DNA of 54,899 bases, taken from the NCBI GenBank assembly GCA_049583555.1, contig JBAUWA010000111.1, forward strand, positions 1 to 54,899, given 5' to 3'. The notes beneath the pieces are model-generated. The model saw nothing but the letters and a program-made list of their open reading frames with translations, did not search any database and was not told the DNA's origin. The stretch comes from Candidatus Dormiibacterota bacterium. GTDB taxonomy: Bacteria; Chloroflexota; Dormibacteria; Aeolococcales; Bog-877. The position numbers and the translations under genes were made by a program. Each line of letters starts with the position of its first letter. Position 1 is the first letter of the stretch. This document shows, piece by piece, positions 9,822-19,515 of the stretch.

Positions 9822-11521
9822 TGGACTTCTGGCTGACACTGCTCCTGCTAGTAGCCATCTTGGCGTTGGCTTGGCGATTCCTCGGCTCGTACATGGCCGA
9901 CGTGTACACCGGGAAGAGCCATTGGATGGCCTGGCTGGAGCTCCCCATTTACCGCGCGCTGGGTGTAGATCCCGCCTCTGAGCAGACTTGGAAGCGCTAC
10001 GCCACTGCAACCGTAATCTTCGCGGCTGTCTGTGTGCTTGCGGTCTATGCAATCGAGCGTATTCAAGGATCGCTTCCGCTCAATCCCCAGCACCTCACCG
10101 CTGTTTCGCCATTCTTGTCCCTCAACACGGCGGTCTCCTTCATGACCAACACCAACTGGCAGAACTACTCGGGTGAGTCGACAATGTCGTATTTCACTCA
10201 GATGGGTGCTCTGACGGTCCAACAATTCATTAGCGCTGCCGTAGGCATTCAGATCGCTATCGTCCTAGTTCGCGGCTTCGTACGTCGAGAGTCGCCGACG
10301 ATCGGAAACTTCTGGGTTGATCTGGTGCGCGGCATTCTGTACATCCTGCTACCGATCGCAGCCGTGATGTCAATCGTTTTCGTATCCCAGGGGGCGGTGG
10401 AGACGCTGGGTGGGCCCGCCCACATCAAGGACGTCCTGAACCACGTGTCACAGGTGATTGCGGTGGGGCCTGTCGCTTCTATGTCTGTGATCAAGCAGCT
10501 GGGGAACAACGGAGGAGGGTTCTTCAACGCCAACAGCGCTGACCCATTCGAAAATCCCACCGCGCTCACCAATTTGCTAGAGATCGCGCTGCTCTTGGCG
10601 ATCCCGTTCGCCCTCACCTACACCTTCGGCAAGATGGTCGGCAACATCCGCCAGGGGGTGGCGCTGCTGGTGACCATGATCGTTCTATTCGCCGGCTGTC
10701 TTGCCCTTGGCGTGGGCGGAGAGACCCAAGCCAACCCGGCGCTCACCGCCGCTGGCGTGAGCGCCCAGCAGCAATCGGGCGGGAACATGGAGGGTAAAGA
10801 GACCCGGTTCGGACCAGCTTCTTCCGCTCTTTTCGACATCTCCTCGACCGTGACCTCCACGGGCTCCGTGGACGGATCTAATGATTCATATACTGCGATC
10901 GGCGGCGCGGGTTTGCTGACCGGGATGATGCTGGGCGAGGTTGAACCGGGCGGGAGTGGGAGCGGACTCTACACCATGCTCCTGTTCGCGATCATCGCCA
11001 TGTTCCTCGGGGGCCTGATGGTCGGAAGAACACCGGAATACCTCGGTAAGAAGCTGCAGTCGCGAGAGATGAAGCTGGCATCGATTGGAGTCCTAATGAT
11101 GCCTGTAGTCGTACTGGCGTTCACGGCGCTAGCGGTGGCGGTCCCGGCGGGGTTGAGTTCGGTGTTCAACCACGGGCCTCACGGCTTCTCCGAGGTTCTG
11201 TACGCGTACGTCTCTCAGAGCAACAACAACGGCTCCGCCTTCGCAGGTCTCGACGGGAACACCACGTTCTACAACCTCACCGGGGCGGCCGCGATGATCC
11301 TAGGACGCATCGGCATCATGATTCCGGCGCTCGCCTTGGCCGGTGCCTTGGCCGCCAAGAAGTACGTCCCGGACACGGCGGGCACAATGCGCTCCGACAC
11401 CCCAGTTTTTGTCGGGTTGCTGGTGGGGACAGTGGTTCTGGTCGGTGGCTTGACATTCCTGCCAGCGCTCGCCTTGGGACCCATCGCTGAGGCATTGGTC
11501 CATCACGGAGTGTTTTTCTAA
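9821..11521 (+). CDS. kdpA: potassium-transporting ATPase subunit A
   Basis: 566 aa from ATG 9821 ([10 protein letters not shown]...). Multi-TM protein with KdpA selectivity-filter-like motifs ([33 protein letters not shown]). Confidence 0.93.
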   Translation: MDFWLTLLLLVAILALAWRFLGSYMADVYTGKSHWMAWLELPIYRALGVDPASEQTWKRYATATVIFAAVCVLAVYAIERIQGSLPLNPQHLTAVSPFLSLNTAVSFMTNTNWQNYSGESTMSYFTQMGALTVQQFISAAVGIQIAIVLVRGFVRRESPTIGNFWVDLVRGILYILLPIAAVMSIVFVSQGAVETLGGPAHIKDVLNHVSQVIAVGPVASMSVIKQLGNNGGGFFNANSADPFENPTALTNLLEIALLLAIPFALTYTFGKMVGNIRQGVALLVTMIVLFAGCLALGVGGETQANPALTAAGVSAQQQSGGNMEGKETRFGPASSALFDISSTVTSTGSVDGSNDSYTAIGGAGLLTGMMLGEVEPGGSGSGLYTMLLFAIIAMFLGGLMVGRTPEYLGKKLQSREMKLASIGVLMMPVVVLAFTALAVAVPAGLSSVFNHGPHGFSEVLYAYVSQSNNNGSAFAGLDGNTTFYNLTGAAAMILGRIGIMIPALALAGALAAKKYVPDTAGTMRSDTPVFVGLLVGTVVLVGGLTFLPALALGPIAEALVHHGVFF

Positions 11522-13647
11522 TGAGCACCATCGGCATGACCCTGCCCGGTGATGGATCCGGCACGCCCGCAGAGACCTCGACGGCTCACGGAGACGATGG
11601 CTCGACCCCGTCGGGAGTCGGACCCGGCGGAAGAGGTCGTCGCCAGCTGCCTTGGATGACGCGCGGGATCCTGGCCCATGCGATTCTCGACTCTTTTGCG
11701 AAGCTGGACCCACGGGTCCAGGTTAAAAACCCGGTGATGTTCGTGGTCCTTTTGGGGACCGTCATCACTCTGATCGAATCGATCTTCCATCCGTCGGTGT
11801 TCGACTGGGCGGTCACGGTGACACTCTTCGTCACGGTTCTGTTCGCCAATTTTGCGGAGGCGACCGCTGAAGGACGAGGCCGAGCTCAGGCCGAAACCCT
11901 TCGTCGCATGCGCTCCGACACGAGGGCTCGGCGTCTCTGTGATGACGGATCTGAAGAGTTAGTTTTGGCAGCGTCATTGAAGCGCGGGGACCGGGTTGTT
12001 TGTGAGGCAGGAGACATCGTCCCCTCCGACGGAGATGTCATTGAGGGGGTGGCGTCGATCGATGAGTCGGCCATTACCGGCGAGTCGGCGCCTGTGATTC
12101 GAGAGAGTGGAGGTGACCGCTCCGCGGTGACCGGCGGCACCAAGGTCCTGTCCGATCGAATCGTGGTGAGGATTACTGCCGAGCCTGGTCATACGTTCTT
12201 GGATCGCATGATTCAGCTGGTAGAGGGGGCCGACCGCCAGAAGACGCCGAACGAACTGGCCCTCACCATCCTTTTGGCGGCCTTGACCATCATCTTCGTC
12301 CCGGTCTGTGTGGCATTAGCTCCCTTCGCCGGCTACGCCCACGGGCAGGTTTCGGTGGTGATTCTGATCGCACTGCTGGTGTGTCTCATCCCCACCACGA
12401 TCGGCGCTTTGCTCTCTGCCATCGGTATTGCCGGAATGGATCGTCTGGTGCAGCGAAATGTGCTGGCGATGAGCGGTAGGGCGGTGGAAGCAGCCGGCGA
12501 TGTCAGCACCCTGCTGCTGGATAAGACTGGCACCATCACCCTGGGCAACCGGATGGCCGCCACCTTCACCCCCATCGGAGGTGTTACCGAGCGCGATCTC
12601 GCCGACGCCGCCCAGCTGGCATCGCTTGCGGACGATACCCCCGAGGGACGCTCAATCGTGGTCTTGGCCAAAGAGAAGTTCGGAATCCGCGGCCGTGAGC
12701 TGGGCGCATCGCACCAGATCATTCCTTTCAGTGCTGCTACTCGGATGTCTGGCCTCGATATCGAAGGTCGACAGATTCGTAAGGGTGCTGGGGAAGCCGT
12801 ACGAAATTGGGTCAAGGAGCAGGGCGGGAGCATCCCCGACGAGTTGGGCCCGATCGTGGAGCGCCTGTCCCGGGCGGGCTCAACTCCGCTGGTGGTGGCG
12901 GACGGGCCCCGCGTCCTCGGGGTAGTCGAGCTTCGCGACGTCGTCAAATCTGGCATCCGAGCACGCTTTGATGAACTGCGCGCCATGGGGATCCGCACCG
13001 TGATGGTGACCGGTGACAACCCGCTCACCGCCGCCACCATCGCCGCTGAGGCTGGTGTCGACGACTTCCTAGCCGAGGCGACGCCAGAGGCCAAGATGGC
13101 GCTGATCCGCAAGGAGCAGGAGGGAGGTCGCATGGTCGCCATGGCGGGAGATGGGACCAACGACGCCCCCGCACTGGCCCAAGCCGATGTTGGAGTCGCT
13201 ATGAATACCGGCACCATGGCGGCGAAGGAGGCCGGCAACATGGTCGACCTCGATTCCAACCCTACCAAGCTCATTCAAGTTGTGGAGATTGGTAAGCAGT
13301 TACTGATAACTCGTGGTGCCCTGACCACGTTTTCCATTGCCAACGACGTCGCCAAGTACTTCGCCATCATCCCCGCGCTCTTCGTGGCGACATACCCGCA
13401 GCTGAAGGCTCTCAACATCCTGCAGCTGCATAGCCCGCACACGGCTGTGCTCTCGGCGGTGATCTTCAACGCCCTGGTGATCGTGGCGTTGATCCCCTTG
13501 GCGTTGCGGGGAGTGCGTTATCGGCCCACAACCGCGACCGCGCTACTGCGGCGCAACCTTTTGATCTATGGAGTCGGTGGGGTCCTCTCCCCATTCCTCT
13601 TCATCAAATTGATCGATCTGGCGTTGACAGCCATGAGGGTGTCCTGA
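11521..13647 (+). CDS. kdpB: potassium-transporting ATPase subunit B (P-type ATPase)
   Basis: DKTGTIT phosphorylation motif, [31 protein letters not shown] near the N-terminus. ATG overlaps the kdpA stop (TAATG). About 45 aa of N-terminal extension, and the alternative ATG at 11656 cannot be excluded. Confidence 0.93.
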   Translation: MSTIGMTLPGDGSGTPAETSTAHGDDGSTPSGVGPGGRGRRQLPWMTRGILAHAILDSFAKLDPRVQVKNPVMFVVLLGTVITLIESIFHPSVFDWAVTVTLFVTVLFANFAEATAEGRGRAQAETLRRMRSDTRARRLCDDGSEELVLAASLKRGDRVVCEAGDIVPSDGDVIEGVASIDESAITGESAPVIRESGGDRSAVTGGTKVLSDRIVVRITAEPGHTFLDRMIQLVEGADRQKTPNELALTILLAALTIIFVPVCVALAPFAGYAHGQVSVVILIALLVCLIPTTIGALLSAIGIAGMDRLVQRNVLAMSGRAVEAAGDVSTLLLDKTGTITLGNRMAATFTPIGGVTERDLADAAQLASLADDTPEGRSIVVLAKEKFGIRGRELGASHQIIPFSAATRMSGLDIEGRQIRKGAGEAVRNWVKEQGGSIPDELGPIVERLSRAGSTPLVVADGPRVLGVVELRDVVKSGIRARFDELRAMGIRTVMVTGDNPLTAATIAAEAGVDDFLAEATPEAKMALIRKEQEGGRMVAMAGDGTNDAPALAQADVGVAMNTGTMAAKEAGNMVDLDSNPTKLIQVVEIGKQLLITRGALTTFSIANDVAKYFAIIPALFVATYPQLKALNILQLHSPHTAVLSAVIFNALVIVALIPLALRGVRYRPTTATALLRRNLLIYGVGGVLSPFLFIKLIDLALTAMRVS

Positions 13648-14201
13648 TGCTGCTCCACCTGCGCCGTTCGATCATCGCCATCGTCATCATCACTGTGCTC
13701 TGCGGATTTATCTACCCCGTGGTAGAGACGGGCCTGTCCCAGTGGTGGTTCTCTCATGAGGCGAATGGATCCCTCACAGCCAAAGGCTCTACTCTGGTCG
13801 GCCAACAGTGGAAGGGACCAGACTGGTTCCAGGGACGCCCGGATGCGGACGATCCCCTGGCGACCGGCTCGGCCAACCTGGGTCCAACCTCGAAGGAGCT
13901 CGTGGCCGCGGTCCGTGCGCAACTCAAAGCCGATGCGGCACTGGGGATCAAGAACCCGCCGGCGGACTTGGTTACCACCTCCGGCAGCGGGGTTGACCCT
14001 GACATCTCACCAGCCGCGGCGCTGGTGCAGGTCAATGCCGTGGCTAGTGCGCGAGGTCTTTCCCCGGCGGCGGTGCGCAAGCTGGTGTTCCAAGTGGAGC
14101 AGGGTCCCTACCTGGGGTTCCTAGGTGCGGCGACCGTCAATGTCCTCGAGCTCAACGAGGCGTTGGCCAAGCTGGTAGCAAGGAGCAATTCCGGGGGCTG
14201 A
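13647..14201 (+). CDS. kdpC: potassium-transporting ATPase subunit C
   Basis: 184 aa. Single N-terminal TM, then GSxL[IV]GQ and SGSG[VL]DP[DH]ISP motifs. ATGA overlap with kdpB. Confidence 0.9.
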   Translation: MLLHLRRSIIAIVIITVLCGFIYPVVETGLSQWWFSHEANGSLTAKGSTLVGQQWKGPDWFQGRPDADDPLATGSANLGPTSKELVAAVRAQLKADAALGIKNPPADLVTTSGSGVDPDISPAAALVQVNAVASARGLSPAAVRKLVFQVEQGPYLGFLGAATVNVLELNEALAKLVARSNSGG

Positions 14202-14296
14202 GGAGCTAGAAGGACTTGGGCGTTCTCAGTTACTTCGTCCGTCCGCTCCCTAGGTCACGGTCGGCCTCGAGATCCAGTACACCACAGACCCCCGCG

Positions 14297-14764
14297 ATGA
14301 GGCCGGGCAAAAGAGGCAGGATCGTCGTCGGGGTCGACGGTTCAGAGCCTAGCCAGCGCGCGCTTGAGTGGGCCGCCCACGAGGCCGTGCTGCGTCAGGC
14401 GAACCTCAGAGTCGTCCATGCAGTGCAGCTCTACGTAAGAACCTTGGGCCTGCCCACGTCGCCACGCCTGTTCTCCGCTGACGTCCGTTATCCCGGTGAT
14501 CTACTCGAGGCCGGGCGCGACTTGCTCGACGCGGAAATTGCGCGACTCGGCCTGAAAGACAAAGCGGTCGAGGTCAGCAGCGAACTGGTTCGCTACCCTC
14601 CGGCTGCGGCGCTGGTCGAGGAGAGCAAGCTAGCCGAACTCTTGGTACTTGGCTCGCGGCGACGCCGGGTCTTGCCACGACTAATCCGCGCATCGGTACC
14701 CGAGCAGTGCGCTAAGGCCGCCCACTGTCCGGTTGTCGTGGTCGGCGCGCGGGCAGAGATGTGA
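14297..14764 (+). CDS. universal stress protein (UspA family)
   Basis: IVVGVDGSEPSQRALEWAAHEA ... LLVLGSRRR ... SVPEQCAKAAHCPVVVV. ATG 14297 is preferred over TTG 14216. Same strand, directly after kdpC. Confidence 0.8.
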   Translation: MRPGKRGRIVVGVDGSEPSQRALEWAAHEAVLRQANLRVVHAVQLYVRTLGLPTSPRLFSADVRYPGDLLEAGRDLLDAEIARLGLKDKAVEVSSELVRYPPAAALVEESKLAELLVLGSRRRRVLPRLIRASVPEQCAKAAHCPVVVVGARAEM

Positions 14765-14798
14765 CTACGGGACACGCTGAGGGGTTGACCCCTGCTCC

Positions 14799-15476
14799 TC
14801 AATCCCCCGGCGGCCTCAGCTCGTAGCCGATACCAGGATGGGTGACCAGGAACTCCCCGTGCTCAACTCCAAGCTTGCGGCGGATGCGATTGGCGTAGAC
14901 GCGAAGGTAGTGTGCGTCGGCACCGTAGCGCCCTCCCCAAACATGCGAGAGCAGCAGTTCCCGAGTCACCACTCGTCCAACGTTTCGCGCTAAGTACGCC
15001 AACATCTCGTACTCGGTGGCGGTCAGCGCGATCCGACGCCCAGCCATGGTCGCGGTGTGCGCGGCCAAGTCCATGGCGAGTGGTCCCACGGTCAGCTCCG
15101 GTCCACCGGCCTGCTCACGCCGATGTCGGAGCGCAACCCGAATCCGCGCCTCCAACTCCCCCATGCCAAAGGGCTTGGTGATGAAGTCATCAGCGCCGGC
15201 GTCCAAGGCCGCGACCTTGCGGTCCTCCTCACCGTGCGCCGAGAGGATCAGGATGGGAACGTCGCTCCAACCTCGGAGTTGCTGGCACACCTCAACCCCG
15301 TCCATGTCGGGCAGCCGTAGGTCGAGGAGCACGACCTCGGGACGGTGCCGCACCGCCTCGGCCAGCCCGTCGGCTCCGGTACGCGCGGTGAAGAGTTCGT
15401 AGCCTCGCGCCCGCAGCCCGATGCCGAGGGCGCGGAGGATCGCCGATTCATCGTCGATAAGCAGAATGCTGGGCAC
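14799..15476 (-). CDS. kdpE: OmpR-family response regulator KdpE
   Basis: GTG start. Receiver domain (ILLIDDE..., VVLLDLRLPDMDG, KPF) plus winged-helix output (LTATEYEMLAYLARN..., YLRVYANRIRRKL). Lies 10 nt after the kinase ORF. Confidence 0.88.
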   Translation of the reverse strand: MPSILLIDDESAILRALGIGLRARGYELFTARTGADGLAEAVRHRPEVVLLDLRLPDMDGVEVCQQLRGWSDVPILILSAHGEEDRKVAALDAGADDFITKPFGMGELEARIRVALRHRREQAGGPELTVGPLAMDLAAHTATMAGRRIALTATEYEMLAYLARNVGRVVTRELLLSHVWGGRYGADAHYLRVYANRIRRKLGVEHGEFLVTHPGIGYELRPPGD

Positions 15477-15486
15477 GGGTCGGAGG

Positions 15487-16962
15487 CTATGCGGCTGGCA
15501 ACACGATGTCCAGCTGCAGCCCTCCCTCTGGGCCGGAACGGGCGCTGATCTTGCCTCCTGTGGCTTCGATGAATGCCTTGCAGATCACCAGCCCGACCCC
15601 ACTCGGCTCCGGCGGACGTGACTCCCCCCGGGTCTCGGGGACCGGGCTGAAGGCGGTCGCCAGTCGCTCGGCGCTTAGACCAGGCCCCTGGTCCACCACC
15701 TCAAGCTCCACCAGTCCGGCCTGATGTCGAGCTCGGATGGCGATCGGGGTCTGGTTGGGGGTGTAGCGAGCGGCATTCTCCAGCAGGTTGACCAGTACCC
15801 GGACGACCAAGGCTCGATCGACGCTGACCATCAGCTGGCCGTCGACCTCCACGGCTACGGGACGGTCCTCGAGCCGACCCTGCATCTCCTCCAAGGCTTC
15901 GTCGACCAGCTCACGAAGGACCGTGGGTGTTCTGACCAGGCGTCGCATTCCGGCCTCGATCCGATACATGTCGAGCAGATTCTTGACCATCCTGGTGAGG
16001 CGATCGGTCTCTTCCTCGGCGGTGAATAGGAGCTCGCCGCGATCGGCCTGGGAGAGCGCGACCGAAGGGTCAGCCAGATCTGATAGAGCCGCCTTGATCG
16101 AAGCCAGGGGTGTGCGCAGGTCGTGGGCTACCGAGGCCAGCAGGGCTCGCCTCCAGCTGTCAACTTCCCCCAGAACCCGACTCTGTAGCGCCTGTTCGCG
16201 CAGCTGAGCCCGCTCCACCGCGAGGGCGGCGTGGTTGGCGTAAGTGGTCAGCAGCTGCTGGTCGGTGGCGGAAAGCGGGGGGCCGACCAGCATCAGTACC
16301 CCTACCGGCCGCTCGGCGGTCGCCAGGGGAAGGGCCCGCAGGCCTCCTAAATCCGCCAGCGCCAGCGGTGTCGAGGCTGTTCCCGCGCGGAGGCCGCCGG
16401 TGAGGACCTCCTCGGGCAGAGGGTCGCCGGCTTGGGCGGCGACAGTCAGCTGCTCTCCCAGCGGGAGTAGCAGTGCGGCCGAGCTCAGGCGGAACTCCAA
16501 GCGGACGGTACTGACCACGGTCGAGAGGAGTTCCTGGAGGGGCTTGTCTCCGATCAGGAGGTCGGTCACTTCAAGCAGGTGTCGAGCATCGTCAGCCCGG
16601 CGACGGGCCTGCGCCCGGGCGAGCTGGAGCGCTGACACCACCCGGGCAACGATCAGCATCACCACCACGTAGACGCCCAGCGTCAGCCAATCGCGGTAGC
16701 CGGACACGGCGAGCGTCCCGTAGGGTCGGATGAAGAGAAAGTCGTAGCAAAGGAAGCCCACCGCGATCGCCAGTACGCCCGCGGACCAACCCCCGATTGC
16801 TACTCCAACGACTACCGGGATGATCAAGATCAAGCCAGTGGTGCTGGGTCCCAGGTGAGCGCGAGCGGGGAGCATCAGCGCGGCTAGGACCGCTATCGCC
16901 ACCACCGCCGCCGTCGACCCAGTCAGCCATCTTCGACGGCGCCAGTTCCGGAGATCAGCCAA
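15487..16962 (-). CDS. kdpD: KdpD sensor kinase, C-terminal part (4-TM DUF4118 + GAF-like + HisKA + HATPase)
   Basis: TTG start. TM block (...FLCYDFLFIRPYGTLAVSGYRDWLTL...), H-box SVAHDLRTPLASIKAA, N/G boxes (LLENAARYTP, DQGPGL, GVGLVICKAF). Confidence 0.85.
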   Translation of the reverse strand: MADLRNWRRRRWLTGSTAAVVAIAVLAALMLPARAHLGPSTTGLILIIPVVVGVAIGGWSAGVLAIAVGFLCYDFLFIRPYGTLAVSGYRDWLTLGVYVVVMLIVARVVSALQLARAQARRRADDARHLLEVTDLLIGDKPLQELLSTVVSTVRLEFRLSSAALLLPLGEQLTVAAQAGDPLPEEVLTGGLRAGTASTPLALADLGGLRALPLATAERPVGVLMLVGPPLSATDQQLLTTYANHAALAVERAQLREQALQSRVLGEVDSWRRALLASVAHDLRTPLASIKAALSDLADPSVALSQADRGELLFTAEEETDRLTRMVKNLLDMYRIEAGMRRLVRTPTVLRELVDEALEEMQGRLEDRPVAVEVDGQLMVSVDRALVVRVLVNLLENAARYTPNQTPIAIRARHQAGLVELEVVDQGPGLSAERLATAFSPVPETRGESRPPEPSGVGLVICKAFIEATGGKISARSGPEGGLQLDIVLPAA

Positions 16963-18145
16963 CGTCGGCGCCGCCTTCGTTGGCGTGGCCCTTGATCCGG
17001 GGAACCGGCGAGGCGGAGATGATGTGGATATCCAATCCGGCGGGTACGGCCTGCTTCAGGAGATGCTTGAGGACGCCGCCGCGGCCCAGTCCCCACCGGT
17101 GATCGCGATCAGAGCCCACCACCAACTGGGTGATGTTGTGGGCTCGGGCGAAAGCTATAAGGGTGGTCGCCACGTCGTCGCCACGCAGCGTCGACCACTC
17201 GCCGCCTAGGGAGATGGTGAGGGTTTTCAGCTCCTCCAAGCCAGCTTGGTCGGAGGAGTGGCCGGACTCGGCGGCGATCACGTGCACCACGTGGAGATCG
17301 CCCTTGGCTCGGGCGGCGATCCGAGCGGCTCGGCGCAGTACCCGATCGCTGCCAGGCGAGACCGAGGAGCCGACCAGGATGTGCTCGCCAGTCTCGACGG
17401 GAGGCGAAGACGCCGCCTCGACTTCGCGCAACAGCACCTCCTCGGTCTCGTCGGCCACGAACCGCAGGGCCAACTCCCGCAGGATGGTGAGGTTGTGGGT
17501 GGTGAAGAAGTTGGTGAGGGCCGCCGGCACCTTCTCGGGCGGGTAGACGTTGCCGTGAACGATCCTCCGCCGGAGTTGCTCGGGTGAGGAGTCGACCAGC
17601 TCGGTCTGATCGGCTCGGCGAACCACCCAGTCCGGCACCCGCTCTCTGACCGCGGTACCGGTCATTGCCTCGATACTCTCGGCGAGGCTCTCCAGGTGCT
17701 GGATGTTGACCGTGGTGATGACGTTGATCCCGTTCTCGAGGATCTCCAGCACGTCCTCCCAGCGCTTGGCGTGCCGGCCGCTGTTGGGGACGTTGGTATG
17801 GGCCAGCTCATCGATCAGCGCGAGCTGCGGCCGCCTGGCCAGGACAGCGTCGAGATCCATCTCCTCGAAGGCCGCCCCGCGATACTCGATCCGCTTGCGC
17901 GGCACCACCTCCAGGTCCTTCAGGGCCTCGGCCGTGTGGGGCCGGCCGTGGGTCTCGACGAAGCCCACCACCACGTCTCGGCCCCGCTCCCGCCGGCGCC
18001 AACCCTCGTCGAGCATCGCCACCGTTTTGCCAACCCCGGCGGCGGCCCCTAGGTAGATGCGGAACTTGCCGGGGGGCGCGACCAAGGTCTCGCTGGTTTC
18101 TGCCGTGGTCTGATCGCTGGGGATGACGTCCTCGTCGCTGGCCAT
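16955..18145 (-). CDS. kdpD: KdpD N-terminal sensor part (KdpD_N P-loop-like domain + Usp domain) as separate ORF
   Basis: FRIYLGAAAGVGKTVAMLDEG, LIDELAHTN, VNIQHLESL are KdpD N-terminal signatures. A Usp-like region follows (ILVGSSVSPGSDRVLRRAARIA...ITQLVVG). The stop overlaps the next ORF start by 8 nt (TTGGCTGA). Confidence 0.85.
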   Translation of the reverse strand: MASDEDVIPSDQTTAETSETLVAPPGKFRIYLGAAAGVGKTVAMLDEGWRRRERGRDVVVGFVETHGRPHTAEALKDLEVVPRKRIEYRGAAFEEMDLDAVLARRPQLALIDELAHTNVPNSGRHAKRWEDVLEILENGINVITTVNIQHLESLAESIEAMTGTAVRERVPDWVVRRADQTELVDSSPEQLRRRIVHGNVYPPEKVPAALTNFFTTHNLTILRELALRFVADETEEVLLREVEAASSPPVETGEHILVGSSVSPGSDRVLRRAARIAARAKGDLHVVHVIAAESGHSSDQAGLEELKTLTISLGGEWSTLRGDDVATTLIAFARAHNITQLVVGSDRDHRWGLGRGGVLKHLLKQAVPAGLDIHIISASPVPRIKGHANEGGADVG

Positions 18146-18447
18146 GACCTCAGACTAAACCCATAGATTCACCCGTAGCCCATAGCTCGGGTCCGCCATC
18201 CGGGAACTGGGCTTCGAAAGTCTCGAACCTGAGTCGCAGGACCTAGCTCGAGCCTTCCTTCTAGCGAGCGCGTCTGCCGCCAAGACCGGCTGGTACGATT
18301 CCGCCGGAGAGCCGGGAAGTCTGGTCGGCACATCGTGCGCTAGCGAAATGGAGCCGACTTGGATATGCGCGTTGATTGCCCGACCGATGCCGTCTACTGC
18401 TCGGGCTGGCACCGTCGCCGTGAACGGCGACACCGGTTTGATGCGCG

Positions 18448-19449
18448 ATGGCTGTAGGTATCGCCCTAGTTGCGTTTGTGGGTGGCGCGGCCGTCAGCGT
18501 CGGTAGCAGCTGGCTTCTGATTTCCCGAGTCGAACGGGTGGCCGAGTGGATTGGGTTGTCGGAGGCATTGCTTGGTCTGCTGGCCGCGTTGGCGGCTGAT
18601 CCCGCCAACATAGCCGCTGCCATTGCGGGTCTGGCCAGCCACCAGCGAGCTCTCGGTGGCGGCGTGGTGATCGGCTCCAACATCTTCAACCTGGCCGCGC
18701 TAATCGGCCTGGGGGCGGTGATCGCGGGTCGGATCGAACTCCATCGCAAGGTTGTGGCACTGAGTGGAGCCGTCGGTCTGTGGGTTGCGATCGTGTGTTT
18801 CGCAACCGTGGTCGGGCTCACCAATCCGGCCCTCGGGTTGGGCCTGGTACTGGTAGTGCTGCTGCCTTACGTCCTCCTATTGGGAATGCACGGTGCGGTA
18901 CTGCAGCGGCTGAGGTTGCCGCGCCGATGGGCGCAGTGGCTGACGTCGGCGGTGAGCGAGGAGGAGCAAGAACTCGAGCTTGCACTTCGCCCTCAGCGCG
19001 GCAGTAAGCGAGACGTCGTGGTGGCACTGCCGGTATTGATTCTTGTCATCCTCGCCACTGTGACTATGGAACGAGGCGGAGCAGCGCTAGGTCAGCAGTG
19101 GGGAGTTTCCGAACTCGTGGTAGGTGGGCTGGTCCTGGCTGCTGTCACCAGTCTGCCCCCGGCGGTGGCGGCGGTCACCCTGGCCGCCAAGGGACGGGGA
19201 GCGGCAGCGCTGAGCACGGCGCTAACCAGCAACACCCTCAACGTGACCGCTGGGCTCTTGATTCCCACCGTGGTACTGGGAATCGGCCGGCCATCCGGCT
19301 CCGAACTCCTGGTCGCAGGCTGGTATGTGGGTCTAACCGCACTCACCCTTGGGCTTGCCTATGCTGGTCGCGGCCTTGGCCGCTGGGCCGGATCGGCGAT
19401 CATGGGCGCGTACCTCGCATTCGCGGCAGCACTGCTGATCGCCTCATGA
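18448..19449 (+). CDS. CaCA-family cation/Ca2+ exchanger (YrbG-like sodium:calcium antiporter)
   Basis: Two alpha-repeat signatures, GSNIFNLAALIGLGAV and TSLPPAVAAVTLAAKG...SNTLNVTAGL. About 10 TM spans. Confidence 0.8.
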   Translation: MAVGIALVAFVGGAAVSVGSSWLLISRVERVAEWIGLSEALLGLLAALAADPANIAAAIAGLASHQRALGGGVVIGSNIFNLAALIGLGAVIAGRIELHRKVVALSGAVGLWVAIVCFATVVGLTNPALGLGLVLVVLLPYVLLLGMHGAVLQRLRLPRRWAQWLTSAVSEEEQELELALRPQRGSKRDVVVALPVLILVILATVTMERGGAALGQQWGVSELVVGGLVLAAVTSLPPAVAAVTLAAKGRGAAALSTALTSNTLNVTAGLLIPTVVLGIGRPSGSELLVAGWYVGLTALTLGLAYAGRGLGRWAGSAIMGAYLAFAAALLIAS

Positions 19450-19515
19450 ATGGTGGTACTGGCCAACGCAAACTCAAGAGCGAAATGACGGGGCGCGCCG
19501 GGGGGACAGCGAGTA

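Noticed and set aside
12333-13274. Long antisense ORFs opposite well-supported genes. Examples: 313 aa opposite kdpB; 20692-21519 opposite the sigma factor; 4919-6016 opposite dnaG; 27021-27704 opposite the FHA gene; 51123-52259 opposite queG; 15788-16672 opposite kdpD.
   Set aside because: Their translations are Arg/Ser/Pro/Ala-rich with no motifs. This is the expected result of stop-codon depletion on the reverse strand of GC-rich genes, and the sense-strand genes have unambiguous family signatures.
18261-18343. Whether the long hairpin is an SRP (4.5S) RNA.
   Set aside because: It lacks the conserved domain IV sequence (GGUCCGGAAGGAAGCAGCC-like) and the symmetric/asymmetric loop motifs. 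It is kept only as a generic structure in the findings.
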